NCBI GenBank assembly: GCA_046759445.1
Contig: JBHICG010000066.1
Coordinates: 1-18,693 of the forward strand
Direction of reading: 5' to 3'
Origin: Candidatus Scalinduaceae bacterium
Lineage (GTDB): Bacteria > Planctomycetota > Brocadiia > Brocadiales > Scalinduaceae
DNA length: 18,693 nt
In this document: piece by piece, positions 1-8,371 of the stretch
Layout of the letters: every line of letters starts with the position of its first letter
Numbering within the stretch: the first letter of the stretch is position 1
Position numbers and translations under genes: made by a program
Notes under the pieces: model-generated
What the model was told of the DNA's origin: nothing
What the model saw: the letters and a program-made list of their open reading frames with translations, nothing else
Databases searched by the model: none

Positions 1-1053
1 GAAACGAGCTTTGGCAGGACTGAAAAACGTCGCATACTCTTAACTAAGGTCTTTTCTGATGGAGCCGTTGGTTATGGTGAATGTACAGCCGGCGAAGCCC
101 CATTTTTCTCTCACGAGACTATTGATACTGCCTGGATTATCATAAAAGAGACATTAGCCCCAATCATAATTGGACGAACATGGATAGATCCCTCTGAAGT
201 CAGTAAGTGGTTCAAACCGATTAGGGGTCACCAGATGGCACGTGCAGCATTAGAAAATGCCTGTTGGGATCTGACTGCCAGGAGTAGAAATATACCCCTT
301 TATGAATTACTGGGCGGAACACTAAAGAAAATCCCTTGTGGAGTCTCTATTGGAATCCAGAATAACACGGAACAACTGCTGGAAAGGATCAAGACAGAAG
401 TCGAGGCCGGTTACCGTAGGATAAAGATTAAGATTAAGCCGGGTTGGGACTATGACATTATCAGTCTAGTCTGCAAGCACTATCCTGACATAGCACTTTG
501 CGTAGATGCTAACTCAGCATACACCCTTTCCGATATAAATCTATTAAAGAGTCTTGATGAATTTAATCTCCTTATGATAGAACAACCATTGAGTTACGAT
601 GATATTATTGACCACTCTAAACTGCAAAAACAGATAAAGACATCCATCTGCCTTGACGAACCTATTACGTCCCTCGATAAAGCACGCAAGGCCATTGAGA
701 TGGAGAGCTGTCAGATTATCAACCTGAAGTTGGGACGTGTGGGTGGTATCAGTGAAGCCATCAAGATTCATGATTACTGCTATGAACATAATATACCCGT
801 ATGGTGTGGGGGCATGCTGGAAGCGGGCATTGGTCGGTCTCACAACATTGCAATATCAACACTCCCTGGTTTCAGTCTGCCCGGTGACGTATCGGCAAGC
901 AAACGATATTTTGAAGAAGACATCATCGAACCACCCGTAACCGTTGATGAAGATGGTTTTATTAATGTTCCTCAAGTCCCCGGCACTGGTTACGAACCAA
1001 AGGAGGACTATATAGAAAGAATTACCGTGCGTAGAGAAGTCTTTTCTGTATAA
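1..1053 (+). CDS. menC: o-succinylbenzoate synthase / N-acylamino acid racemase (enolase superfamily), 5'-truncated by window edge
   Basis: Frame is open from base 1 (ETSFGRTEKRRILLTKVFSDGAVGYGEC...). Contains the KxK motif (RIKIKIKPG), the metal ligands DAN / EQP / DE, INLKLGRVGG and WCGGMLEAGIGR, typical of the OSBS/NAAAR subfamily. Confidence 0.9.
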   Translation, partial: ETSFGRTEKRRILLTKVFSDGAVGYGECTAGEAPFFSHETIDTAWIIIKETLAPIIIGRTWIDPSEVSKWFKPIRGHQMARAALENACWDLTARSRNIPLYELLGGTLKKIPCGVSIGIQNNTEQLLERIKTEVEAGYRRIKIKIKPGWDYDIISLVCKHYPDIALCVDANSAYTLSDINLLKSLDEFNLLMIEQPLSYDDIIDHSKLQKQIKTSICLDEPITSLDKARKAIEMESCQIINLKLGRVGGISEAIKIHDYCYEHNIPVWCGGMLEAGIGRSHNIAISTLPGFSLPGDVSASKRYFEEDIIEPPVTVDEDGFINVPQVPGTGYEPKEDYIERITVRREVFSV

Positions 1054-1101
1054 TAATATATCTTACCCACTGGCTATTAATAAACAAAATAGGAGAGATT
1101 A

Positions 1102-1428
1102 ATGCAAAGTTGGCTGTATCTGGCAGGGGCAATTGTCCTGGAAATAGCGGGAACTACCTCTATGAAATTATCTGAGGGTTTTACGAGGTTAGTTCCATCA
1201 ATCTTAATCTTTGTTTTCTATGTCTTATCCTTCTTAGCGCTAACTATGGCCCTTAAAAAAATCGATGTGAGTATTGCCTACGCTATCTGGGCTGGAGTGG
1301 GTACCGCCCTTATTGCCATAATCGGAGTTGCGTACTTTAAAGAACCAATCACACTAATAAAGTTCGTAAGTGTAGGTCTTATAGTTATTGGTGTTGTGGG
1401 CTTAAACCTTAACGGTATTGGGCATTAA
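1102..1428 (+). CDS. SMR family small multidrug efflux transporter (EmrE/QacE-like)
   Basis: 108 aa with four hydrophobic helices, the conserved TM1 Glu (AIVLEIAGTTSMKLSEGF) and AYAIWAGVG. RBS AGGAGA upstream. Confidence 0.92.
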   Translation: MQSWLYLAGAIVLEIAGTTSMKLSEGFTRLVPSILIFVFYVLSFLALTMALKKIDVSIAYAIWAGVGTALIAIIGVAYFKEPITLIKFVSVGLIVIGVVGLNLNGIGH

Positions 1429-1452
1429 TAAAAAATTACAGGGACAAATATT

Positions 1453-2583
1453 ATGCAATATTATCAATCAACAAATCCGAAGCTTGCAAAATTAATCAGG
1501 CTACTGTTCGTTGTGGCAATCGTATTGATAATTGCAGATTTCTTAGGCTTTGAGCCTTTAAGATTTCTGCGGTCCCGAGTGGAAATGCGTCCTGTGTCCC
1601 AGCCTGTGGGTAATTTAGGAGCAGATGAGGGGGCAACTATAGAAGTCTTTGAAAGGGTATCTCCTTCTGTCACCTATATAACAAACAAAAGATTTCAGCG
1701 AGATTTATTTTCGTTTAATGTTATGGAGGTACCACAAGGTACTGGTTCCGGCTTTTTGTGGGATGATATGGGGCATATAGTAACAAATTTTCATGTTATC
1801 TATAAGGCCCAGGAGATTGAAGTTAAAATGCAAAACGGGAAAACCTACAGTGCCGATTTGGTGGGAGCTGATCCTGACCACGACCTTGCAGTATTGCGAA
1901 TTAACACCCTGAACCTTAATGTTCCCCCAGTGATGATTGGAAGCTCTAAAGATTTACGAGTAGGGCAAAAAGTGCTGGCAATTGGAACCCCTTTCGGATT
2001 GGATTCTACCCTGACTACCGGTGTTATCAGCGCCCTGGGTAGAACCATTCAGTCTATGACCGATAGATATATTCATGACGTAATCCAGACAGACGCAGCC
2101 ATCAATCCCGGGAATTCCGGTGGTCCGCTTCTGGATTCATTCGGCAGGTTGATTGGCGTAAACACTGCCATTATAAGCCCCAGTGGAGCGTATTCTGGAG
2201 TTGGTTTTGCAGTACCCGTAGATACAGTCAACCGTATTGTCACAAAATTAATCAACTATGGAAAGGTGGGTCGTCCGGGACTTGGCGTTACGCTGATTCC
2301 TGATAATATTATGTCCAGATTAGGAATGGAAGGAGTCGGCATCCTTCAGGTATTCAGAGGTAGTTCAGCAGAGGAGGCTGGGTTAAGGGAAGTGAGAAGA
2401 CTGCCGGACGGGCAAGTAGAAATAGGAGATGTGATTATTGAATGTGATGGTTCTCCAGTGAAAAGAGGTTCAGACCTTATCAAAATTCTTGATCGACATG
2501 AAGTTGGCGATGAAGTTGAACTAGTCGTTTACAGGGAAGGCAGGAAAACCATAGTCCGGATTGTCCTTCAGTCTGTTAGTTGA
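1453..2583 (+). CDS. HtrA/DegP-like trypsin serine protease with one PDZ domain, N-terminal membrane anchor
   Basis: Catalytic triad motifs TNFHV, DLAVL and INPGNSGGPL, plus GTGSGF and a C-terminal PDZ domain. Confidence 0.93.
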   Translation: MQYYQSTNPKLAKLIRLLFVVAIVLIIADFLGFEPLRFLRSRVEMRPVSQPVGNLGADEGATIEVFERVSPSVTYITNKRFQRDLFSFNVMEVPQGTGSGFLWDDMGHIVTNFHVIYKAQEIEVKMQNGKTYSADLVGADPDHDLAVLRINTLNLNVPPVMIGSSKDLRVGQKVLAIGTPFGLDSTLTTGVISALGRTIQSMTDRYIHDVIQTDAAINPGNSGGPLLDSFGRLIGVNTAIISPSGAYSGVGFAVPVDTVNRIVTKLINYGKVGRPGLGVTLIPDNIMSRLGMEGVGILQVFRGSSAEEAGLREVRRLPDGQVEIGDVIIECDGSPVKRGSDLIKILDRHEVGDEVELVVYREGRKTIVRIVLQSVS

Positions 2584-2595
2584 TTTTTCTTAAGC

Positions 2596-2721
2596 ATTCA
2601 CCAGACGCAAAGTCCGCAATGAAAAACATAGCGACAATTAAAAAGATTTAGTAAAAAAACTAGATACTTTAATCGTTTTTGACTGAAAATTTCTGCGAGC
2701 TCAGCAAGCTCAGCGGTGAAT
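2596..2721. repeat. REP/MITE-like intergenic element with TTCACC...GGTGAA ends
   Basis: Terminal inverted repeat ATTCACC (2596-2602) / GGTGAAT (2715-2721) and an internal AGCTCAGC doublet. Related ends occur at 9044-9084 and 14635-14680. Confidence 0.5.
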
Positions 2722-2749
2722 TTCTACTATTTTTCTCATAGGAGGTATT

Positions 2750-3172
2750 ATGTCTGACGTAAAAACAAAAATAAGGGATTACCTGGATTCTGTTAAAACT
2801 GTTTCAGTTGCTACATGTATGGACGATAAACCTTCATGCCGAATTATGGAACTTCAGAAGGTTGAAGACGATCTGAAGATATGGTTCGTTGCACACCAGA
2901 GCTTTCCAAAGATTGAACATATTAACAAAAACAGTAATGCCTGCATTGTCTCCTTCAACAATGAAACCTCCAGAGACATCAGGCTTTTTGGAAAGGTTGA
3001 AGTCTATGCCGACATGGAAACTAAGAAATGTGTATGGAAAGATGATCTTGCCCCATATTTTCAGGGTGGGATTAACGATCCTGAGCTTATTGTTTTGAAA
3101 TTTATCCCTGAAAGACTTGAATTCAGAGATATGAAGACAGGTAGTCTACTGCCAGAAGTGGAAAACCTGTAA
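2750..3172 (+). CDS. pyridoxamine 5'-phosphate oxidase-like FMN-binding protein (general stress protein 26 type)
   Basis: 140 aa with ATC..DKPSCRIM, IWF, K...I.KN and W..DLAPYF.GG.NDP signatures. RBS AGGAGG. Confidence 0.8.
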   Translation: MSDVKTKIRDYLDSVKTVSVATCMDDKPSCRIMELQKVEDDLKIWFVAHQSFPKIEHINKNSNACIVSFNNETSRDIRLFGKVEVYADMETKKCVWKDDLAPYFQGGINDPELIVLKFIPERLEFRDMKTGSLLPEVENL

Positions 3173-3189
3173 AGACATTGAGGTATTCA

Positions 3190-3780
3190 ATGGGAAAGAA
3201 ACAATGTACATACTGTAACAATTTCTTTGATGGAAAGGTTAGATATTGCCCTTTTTGCGGTGCAGAGAATAAGAAGGAAATTGTTAACAATATCCCAATA
3301 TGCCCTCGTTGTAAATACGCAATGGAAAAATATTCCCATCGCAATACAGACCTTGATATTTGCCCTGGCTGCAAAGGTATATGGCTGGATACAAGTAACT
3401 TCAAGAAATTAACATCAGAGCGTGATGTTTATGCCGACGACTCAATCCCCTATGAATACATACGCAAACCTTTACTGCAGGAGAAGGGATATTTTCCTTG
3501 TCCTCGTTGTAATTCTTTAATGATGCGGAAGAATTTCCGACATATATCAGGTGTCCTGATTGATATATGTGGTTATCATGGTGTCTGGTTAGATGCAGGT
3601 GAGCTTGAGCAGATTCGTTGCTTTGTTGCAAATGGTGGTCTGGATGAATCACAAGATAAAGACATAATTCGTAACAGAGAAGAAATTAAATCTATTGCTC
3701 GAAGTGTTAAGGATTTGGAGTTAATGCAGAATATTCTCCATAAATGGGACGTTAAGAGGTGGATGCTCAGGGGATTTTAA
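3190..3780 (+). CDS. zinc-ribbon protein with tandem zf-TFIIB-like domains
   Basis: CTYC..CPFC, CPRC..DICPGCKGIWLD and CPRC..DICGYHGVWLDAGEL motifs. ATG 3190 follows GAGG, so it is preferred over the track's TTG start at 3178. Confidence 0.8.
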   Translation: MGKKQCTYCNNFFDGKVRYCPFCGAENKKEIVNNIPICPRCKYAMEKYSHRNTDLDICPGCKGIWLDTSNFKKLTSERDVYADDSIPYEYIRKPLLQEKGYFPCPRCNSLMMRKNFRHISGVLIDICGYHGVWLDAGELEQIRCFVANGGLDESQDKDIIRNREEIKSIARSVKDLELMQNILHKWDVKRWMLRGF

Positions 3781-3852
3781 ATCTATATCTCGATAGTATT
3801 TTATAGTAGGCCCTGTCTTTTAATAATTACTATCTGTTGCGGAAACGCGGTT

Positions 3853-3986
3853 TTGTCATCCTGAACTTGTTTCAGGAACTAATGATTTCAATAACTTATC
3901 AACCTAAGAGATCCCGACCCCCATAGCTTCCTTGCCGAAAGTAGGCTCTGTAAGAGCGTAAGCTAGGAATGGGGGTGGGATGACAA
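3853..3986. repeat. palindromic REP/RPE-like element (TTGTCATCC...GGATGACAA) with nested hairpin insert
   Basis: 9-bp terminal IR at 3853-3861 / 3978-3986. Internal hairpin TCCTGAA-CTTGT-TTCAGGA. Nested IRs ACCCCCAT/ATGGGGGT and TAGCTT/AAGCTA. Confidence 0.7.
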
Positions 3987-4082
3987 TTGTGACCCAGTCT
4001 GTTGATTCAGGGTTGTTTAAATAACTCTTTATTAAGTCTTATAGAGTTTCTGATTCTTTAGTTTGTGGATTTAAGCGTAATT

Positions 4083-5204
4083 ATGACGCCAAAAACCATA
4101 TTAATAGTCCGCCTCAGCGCTATAGGTGATGTTGTGCATGTCCTCCCCGCACTAAGGTCTTTACGTTCTAATTTCCCGGATTCAAAGATAACATGGTTGG
4201 TAGAAGATAAAGCTCGTGATATTCTTACGGGTCATCCGGATATTGATGAAGTAATCACATTTCCAAGGAGGAAATGGCAACGGGATATCTTAAAGATTAA
4301 TAAAATTATCAATACACTATTTGATGTTTTCTCTTTTTATAAAAAACTTCGCAAAGAAAGCTATGACATAGTAATTGACTTTCAGGGAAATCTTAAGAGT
4401 GGAATAATGACCTTGATAACAGGATCAGAAAAAAGGTTTGGGTTTGCGAAAGGCCACTGTAAAGAATTTAACTATTTGTTCACAAAATATCGGATTAAAC
4501 CTTCACGTAAAAGAATGCATAAAATAGATAAAAATCTTGAGCTGCTTGGCGGCCTTAACATTGACGCCAACTTCCATAGACCCGAACTCCCTGTATCAAA
4601 AGCGGACGAGAAGTATATATCAAAATTTCTTCGTACTAACATTAATGACTCCCTCCCCGTAATTGTTGTTCAGCCCTGTACAAGCAAGTTTGGTTCCTAT
4701 AAGCAATGGCCTGTTTCAAATTATGCCTTGTTGGCCGATAAGATACTGGAGAGTTGCGAGGCTAACGTCATTTTTTCATGGGGGCCTGGTGAGATTGATG
4801 TAGTTAACGAAATAGTAACTAGTATGAAACACAAGGCGCTTGTTGCATGCGAGACCAACTCCATAAAACAACTCATAGAACTGATACGTCGTGCAGACCT
4901 CTTTATTGGTGGAGATACCGGCCCACTACATATTGCCTCTATTCTGGACATCCCTACAGTTGCAATCTACGGCCCGAAAGACCCCGTCATCTATGGCCCC
5001 TATCATGGTAAAGCAGTGGTCGTAAAAAAGGAGCTGGAGTGCAGTCCATGCGAGAAAAGAACATGCTCTGACCCCATATGTATGACATCAATCCTGCCAG
5101 AGGACGTATTTCACGCAGTAAACAAGTTGATGGGAAAATATGTTTCCAGGAAAGTTATTACTTCACCGCACAAAGACATAGCTATCAAAGAATCCACATC
5201 GTAA
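4083..5204 (+). CDS. glycosyltransferase family 9 (LPS heptosyltransferase, WaaC/WaaF-like)
   Basis: ILIVRLSAIGDVVH, DIVIDFQG, KQWP and DLFIGGDTGPLHIA motifs. Start is ATG 4083, or GTG 4065 as in the track. Confidence 0.9.
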   Translation: MTPKTILIVRLSAIGDVVHVLPALRSLRSNFPDSKITWLVEDKARDILTGHPDIDEVITFPRRKWQRDILKINKIINTLFDVFSFYKKLRKESYDIVIDFQGNLKSGIMTLITGSEKRFGFAKGHCKEFNYLFTKYRIKPSRKRMHKIDKNLELLGGLNIDANFHRPELPVSKADEKYISKFLRTNINDSLPVIVVQPCTSKFGSYKQWPVSNYALLADKILESCEANVIFSWGPGEIDVVNEIVTSMKHKALVACETNSIKQLIELIRRADLFIGGDTGPLHIASILDIPTVAIYGPKDPVIYGPYHGKAVVVKKELECSPCEKRTCSDPICMTSILPEDVFHAVNKLMGKYVSRKVITSPHKDIAIKESTS

Positions 5205-5259
5205 GATACCCCCCCCCAGCACCTTCCTTTTACCCTACCCACACAATCTTGATTATCTT

Positions 5260-5457
5260 AAACCTAAATTGAGCGATTTTTGTTGCAATATCCTCATGAG
5301 GCATTGAAAATATATGTTCTTCTATAAATATTATCTTCACCTGTTAAGTGAAGGAATTTGTCATTCCCGCAGTCTGTTGAGCGGGAATCTAGCCCTTCTG
5401 TTTGATGGATTCCCGTTTCCACGGGAATGACAACATAACTTTAGAATCGCTCAAATT
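5260..5457. mobile_element. MITE-like element with imperfect terminal inverted repeats enclosing a REP doublet
   Basis: TTGAGCGATT (5269-5278) is inverted at AATCGCTCAA (5445-5454). The left end AAACCTAAATTGAGCGATTTT recurs exactly at 8371-8391. Confidence 0.5.
5358..5433. repeat. GTCATTCCCG-type REP doublet (dRS3-like ATTCCC-N8-GGGAAT core)
   Basis: 12-bp IR TTGTCATTCCCG / CGGGAATGACAA. Two internal hairpins, ATTCCC-N14-GGGAAT and ATTCCC-N8-GGGAAT (5409-5428). Confidence 0.75.
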
Positions 5458-5461
5458 ATAA

Positions 5462-5496
5462 CCTGAATCTTGCACTATTTAATGGCAAGATTCAGG
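5462..5496. repeat. perfect 12-bp inverted repeat (hairpin or collapsed element ends)
   Basis: CCTGAATCTTGC-N11-GCAAGATTCAGG, with no U-tract following. Confidence 0.6.
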
Positions 5497-5669
5497 CATA
5501 AGCTTACTTCACAAGACCACAAATTGCAAAACACCCCAGGTCACACCTTGATCAGTGATTTAATTTAAAAGGCCGATTCTTTTATTTATTAAATGAGGTT
5601 GAGGGAACGGAATGATTATATAAATAGAGATAATGGTTGGTTGTGAATGAGATAGTCTTTTTGTTCATT

Positions 5670-5908
5670 TTAAATGATTAGTTTAAGACGTTTGAGGTCG
5701 TCTTCATTCCATTTAGTTCCATTGAGGAAACTTTTAAGAGTGCCGGGAGTAAGATGTCTTTGGCATGGTGATAATGTATAATAACACGCCTTCCGTCATA
5801 GTGGCGATAAACCCTTTGACTACCTTTGCGCCTTTTGTATCGAAAGCCATCCTGCTCAAGAGCTCTGATGAGTTCTCTCACAGGTGTGTTTTTGAGTCTA
5901 TGAATCAT
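5670..5908 (-). pseudogene. hicA: HicA family toxin, frameshifted and lacking the catalytic His
   Basis: The N-terminus RELIRALEQDGFRYKRRKGSQRVY is HicA-like. The canonical tail TPGTLKSFLNGTKWNEDDLKRLKLII* lies in another frame after ~5751. The GSH motif reads GSQ. Confidence 0.75.
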
Positions 5909-6147
5909 AGTGAGACTGCTATAGCAGGTGATTCTATCAGTTCTATTTCATCTGAAGGTGATGGAAGAACCTCTCCTGCATCTTTCATATCCTCTATATA
6001 TATTTCGGCAGCGTCTTTTATATTATCCAATGCCTCCTGTGGAGAATATCCCCAACTGGAGCAACCAGGGAGTGCAGGAATTGATGCGCTCCATCGACCG
6101 TCTTCTTCTTCTTCATTTAGGGTGACCTTTAAAATAAATGTCTTCAT
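5905..6147 (-). CDS. hicB: HicB family antitoxin (short form without DNA-binding domain)
   Basis: EDGRWSASIPALPGCSSWGYSPQEALDNIKDAAEIYIE signature. RBS AGGAGG and ATGA overlap with hicA. Confidence 0.88.
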   Translation of the reverse strand: MKTFILKVTLNEEEEDGRWSASIPALPGCSSWGYSPQEALDNIKDAAEIYIEDMKDAGEVLPSPSDEIELIESPAIAVSL

Positions 6148-6177
6148 TATTAATGCCCTCCTATTTAGATTTGATAT

Positions 6178-6206
6178 AAGTTAAGCTATTTTCTGAGAAA
6201 TGTCAA
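6178..6206 (-). promoter_or_regulatory. putative sigma70 promoter of hicBA
   Basis: TTGACA-N17-TAACTT on the minus strand upstream of hicB. Confidence 0.4.
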
Positions 6207-6901
6207 TAATAATGAAAATAGTTTTGATAATAATAGCAATAATACTGTTCGGCACGGTGTTTGACAGCGCCTATTTTATTAAAACAATTATCTTATTTCA
6301 CCTCCCTTCTTCTTAATGGGGTGCAGTATACATTGGTCTAATAATATGACATTTTATCATTTATTTTTTTACAATCCCCATAAGAAATAGTAAATTAACT
6401 CAAAAGGTCTATTACAATTATTTATGGCAAAGGGGTATTGTATAAGGGGAGAATTTATAAAGTCTCGATTATCGACTAATAACAATTAATCAGTTAAAAA
6501 TAAATTTAATGTATTGGCTGAATATCTCACCTACGCTTGGCTTGTACTTAATTTCGGTAAGTTTTAGTAGTTGCATGCATTTCATACTTTAGGAAGGGAG
6601 ATAATGCAAAAAGCGACTTCTGCTATTACGTTTCCACATAATGCCTCACGCCTGTATCTGCGATCTCTGCATTCTATGCTTTCTCTGCATTTTTTGCAGA
6701 GACCTAATCATACATCACATACATTGCGTTTCTGTGTTCACGAAACGCTTCAAATACAATATCGCATTTCAACATTCTCTTTTTTGAGGAGGCTTTACCA
6801 ATCGTAAAATAATCATTGGAGGCGCATCTCCGATTGTTTTTAAGGGTATGTTTGTTTCTACTTGAGAGTGTAAACCCTTGTCTTGTATTTTATATAACGA
6901 T

Positions 6902-7153
6902 TTAAGGAAACAGTTTCAATATCGTCACAGCTATGGTAACACAGCCTGCAACTATACCAAAAATTTTTATGAGAAGATCGGATTTGGTTTCGGCAAGCGC
7001 TGACTTCAACTCCATACGGAAAAACTCTTTCAAATCCTGCTGAGATTCGTACTGGGCTCGTTCAATAACTTTTGCAATTACTTCTGCCTGGTTTTTCGGA
7101 ATTCCAGCCTCTTCTAGTTCACGGGCATTGACCAATGTATTGGTGATTGGCAT
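6902..7153 (-). CDS. DUF1640-like small coiled-coil protein with C-terminal membrane anchor
   Basis: 83 aa MPITNTLVNARELEEAGIPKNQAEVIA...LAETKSDLLIKIFGIVAGCVTIAVTILKLFP. The ATG at 7153 follows AAAGG and lies downstream of a consensus promoter, so the longer track start is unlikely. Confidence 0.7.
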   Translation of the reverse strand: MPITNTLVNARELEEAGIPKNQAEVIAKVIERAQYESQQDLKEFFRMELKSALAETKSDLLIKIFGIVAGCVTIAVTILKLFP

Positions 7154-7199
7154 TGAATACCTTTCAAAAATGTTGTGGCTGTATAATAGTAGAATCAAA

Positions 7200-7227
7200 A
7201 TTATACTAAAAATTGGTTGTTTGTCAA
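7200..7227 (-). promoter_or_regulatory. consensus sigma70 promoter for the DUF1640-like gene
   Basis: TTGACA-N16-TATAAT on the minus strand, about 45 nt upstream of the ATG. Confidence 0.65.
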
Positions 7228-7462
7228 TGATAATGGGCAGCGCCGGTATAGGCAAGACTAGTCCTCAGGAGCATCTCAAAAGCCATTATGGACGCTAATG
7301 GTCAGGAGAGACCGTGCAAATGGGAGTGCGTAGTAATGGCATTGTAAAAGACTAAAGAAGGCAGACATTTAACGTGGTAAGATCTTTCAAGCGTGCATGA
7401 ATGTACGGAGTATGGAAGTTAAAACAACTAAGACTTATAAAGGAGGGAGTCTTAGAAAAGAC

Positions 7463-7540
7463 AGCCTTACTGCCAGGGATGGCATATGTGAATTCTGATC
7501 GAATTCATTAGCATCTTTAGTAGTAAGGCTTTTTTCATTT
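7463..7540 (+). terminator. long hairpin followed by U-tract (terminator-like; possible 3' end of an sRNA or attenuator before luxR)
   Basis: AGCCTTACTGCCAGGGATG pairs with CATCTTTAGTAGTAAGGCT (three G-U pairs, one mismatch), with an apical GTGAATTC/GAATTCAT stem, then TTTTTCATTTT. Confidence 0.55.
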
Positions 7541-7750
7541 TACGATATTTTTTAAATTTAATATTAATTGTAAAAAAGCTATAGACAATAAAACATTTAG
7601 CCTAGCTAATAGCATTATTAGGACAAGAAGTTTTTTGGTATTGGCATTAGTGTTTAGCCTTTCATCCAAGATGGGCAGATTGAATCAGCAAAGGGACACT
7701 AAAAACGGGCACTGTCCTATTTAAGCCTAAAATTAGCTTGAGGTAAAGTC

Positions 7751-8371
7751 ATGCCATTAAGAATAACTGTCAGTTGCTGTAGCTATCTCTTCGGAGAAGG
7801 TATTAAACGGTTTATAGAAGAATGTGAACTTGACACAGATACCGTTATTAATTGCTCTGACCCTAAAGAAATTATCAAGACAAAACCTGATTTGCTAATT
7901 ACAGATTTTAAAACCACTTGCAATACATTCAATGACATTTTCTTTAAGCACAATATGCTAATCCTTATTTTAGGAACAGGATGTCTCCCAAAGATAAAAA
8001 ATAATCTTCTAAAACGTTTTATCTCACAAGGGGTCGTTGGTATCCTATCCCCTATGACCAATATGTCTCAATTTAAAAAAGCAATAAAGAATGTTATCTC
8101 AGGAGAGCTCTGGCTTGAACGAAAGAGATTATCGAACATCGTATTCAGTATGAATAGTTTTTCCAACAATAGGATGCCTAAGCTGACCAAAAGAGAGATA
8201 GAGATAGTCAAATTGATTTGTAATGGGCATACAAACAAGGAAATAATGAAAATACTAAACATAAGTGAGGTCTCTGTCAAAACACACCTGAGTAGGATAT
8301 ATAAGAAGACAGGAGTATCTGACAGGCTGCAGCTTGCTCTCTTTGCCTTGAATACAGATCTGATTATGTAA
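7751..8371 (+). CDS. LuxR/NarL family transcriptional regulator with degenerate receiver domain
   Basis: C-terminal LTKREIEIVKLICNGHTNKEIMKILNISEVSVKTHLSRIYKKTGVSDR HTH. The N-terminal REC-like fold (KPDLLITD) lacks the acidic pair and the conserved Lys. Confidence 0.9.
   Translation: MPLRITVSCCSYLFGEGIKRFIEECELDTDTVINCSDPKEIIKTKPDLLITDFKTTCNTFNDIFFKHNMLILILGTGCLPKIKNNLLKRFISQGVVGILSPMTNMSQFKKAIKNVISGELWLERKRLSNIVFSMNSFSNNRMPKLTKREIEIVKLICNGHTNKEIMKILNISEVSVKTHLSRIYKKTGVSDRLQLALFALNTDLIM

Noticed and set aside
6553..6767. Minus-strand Cys-rich frame with several in-frame TGA codons including CDV-TGA (possible selenoprotein)
   Set aside because: No RBS or recognisable SECIS. The Cys richness follows from the TGCAGAGA repeat, and multiple TGAs are expected by chance.
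6571..6807. 78-aa + strand ORF from the track
   Set aside because: No recognisable domain, and it runs through repeat and hairpin sequence.
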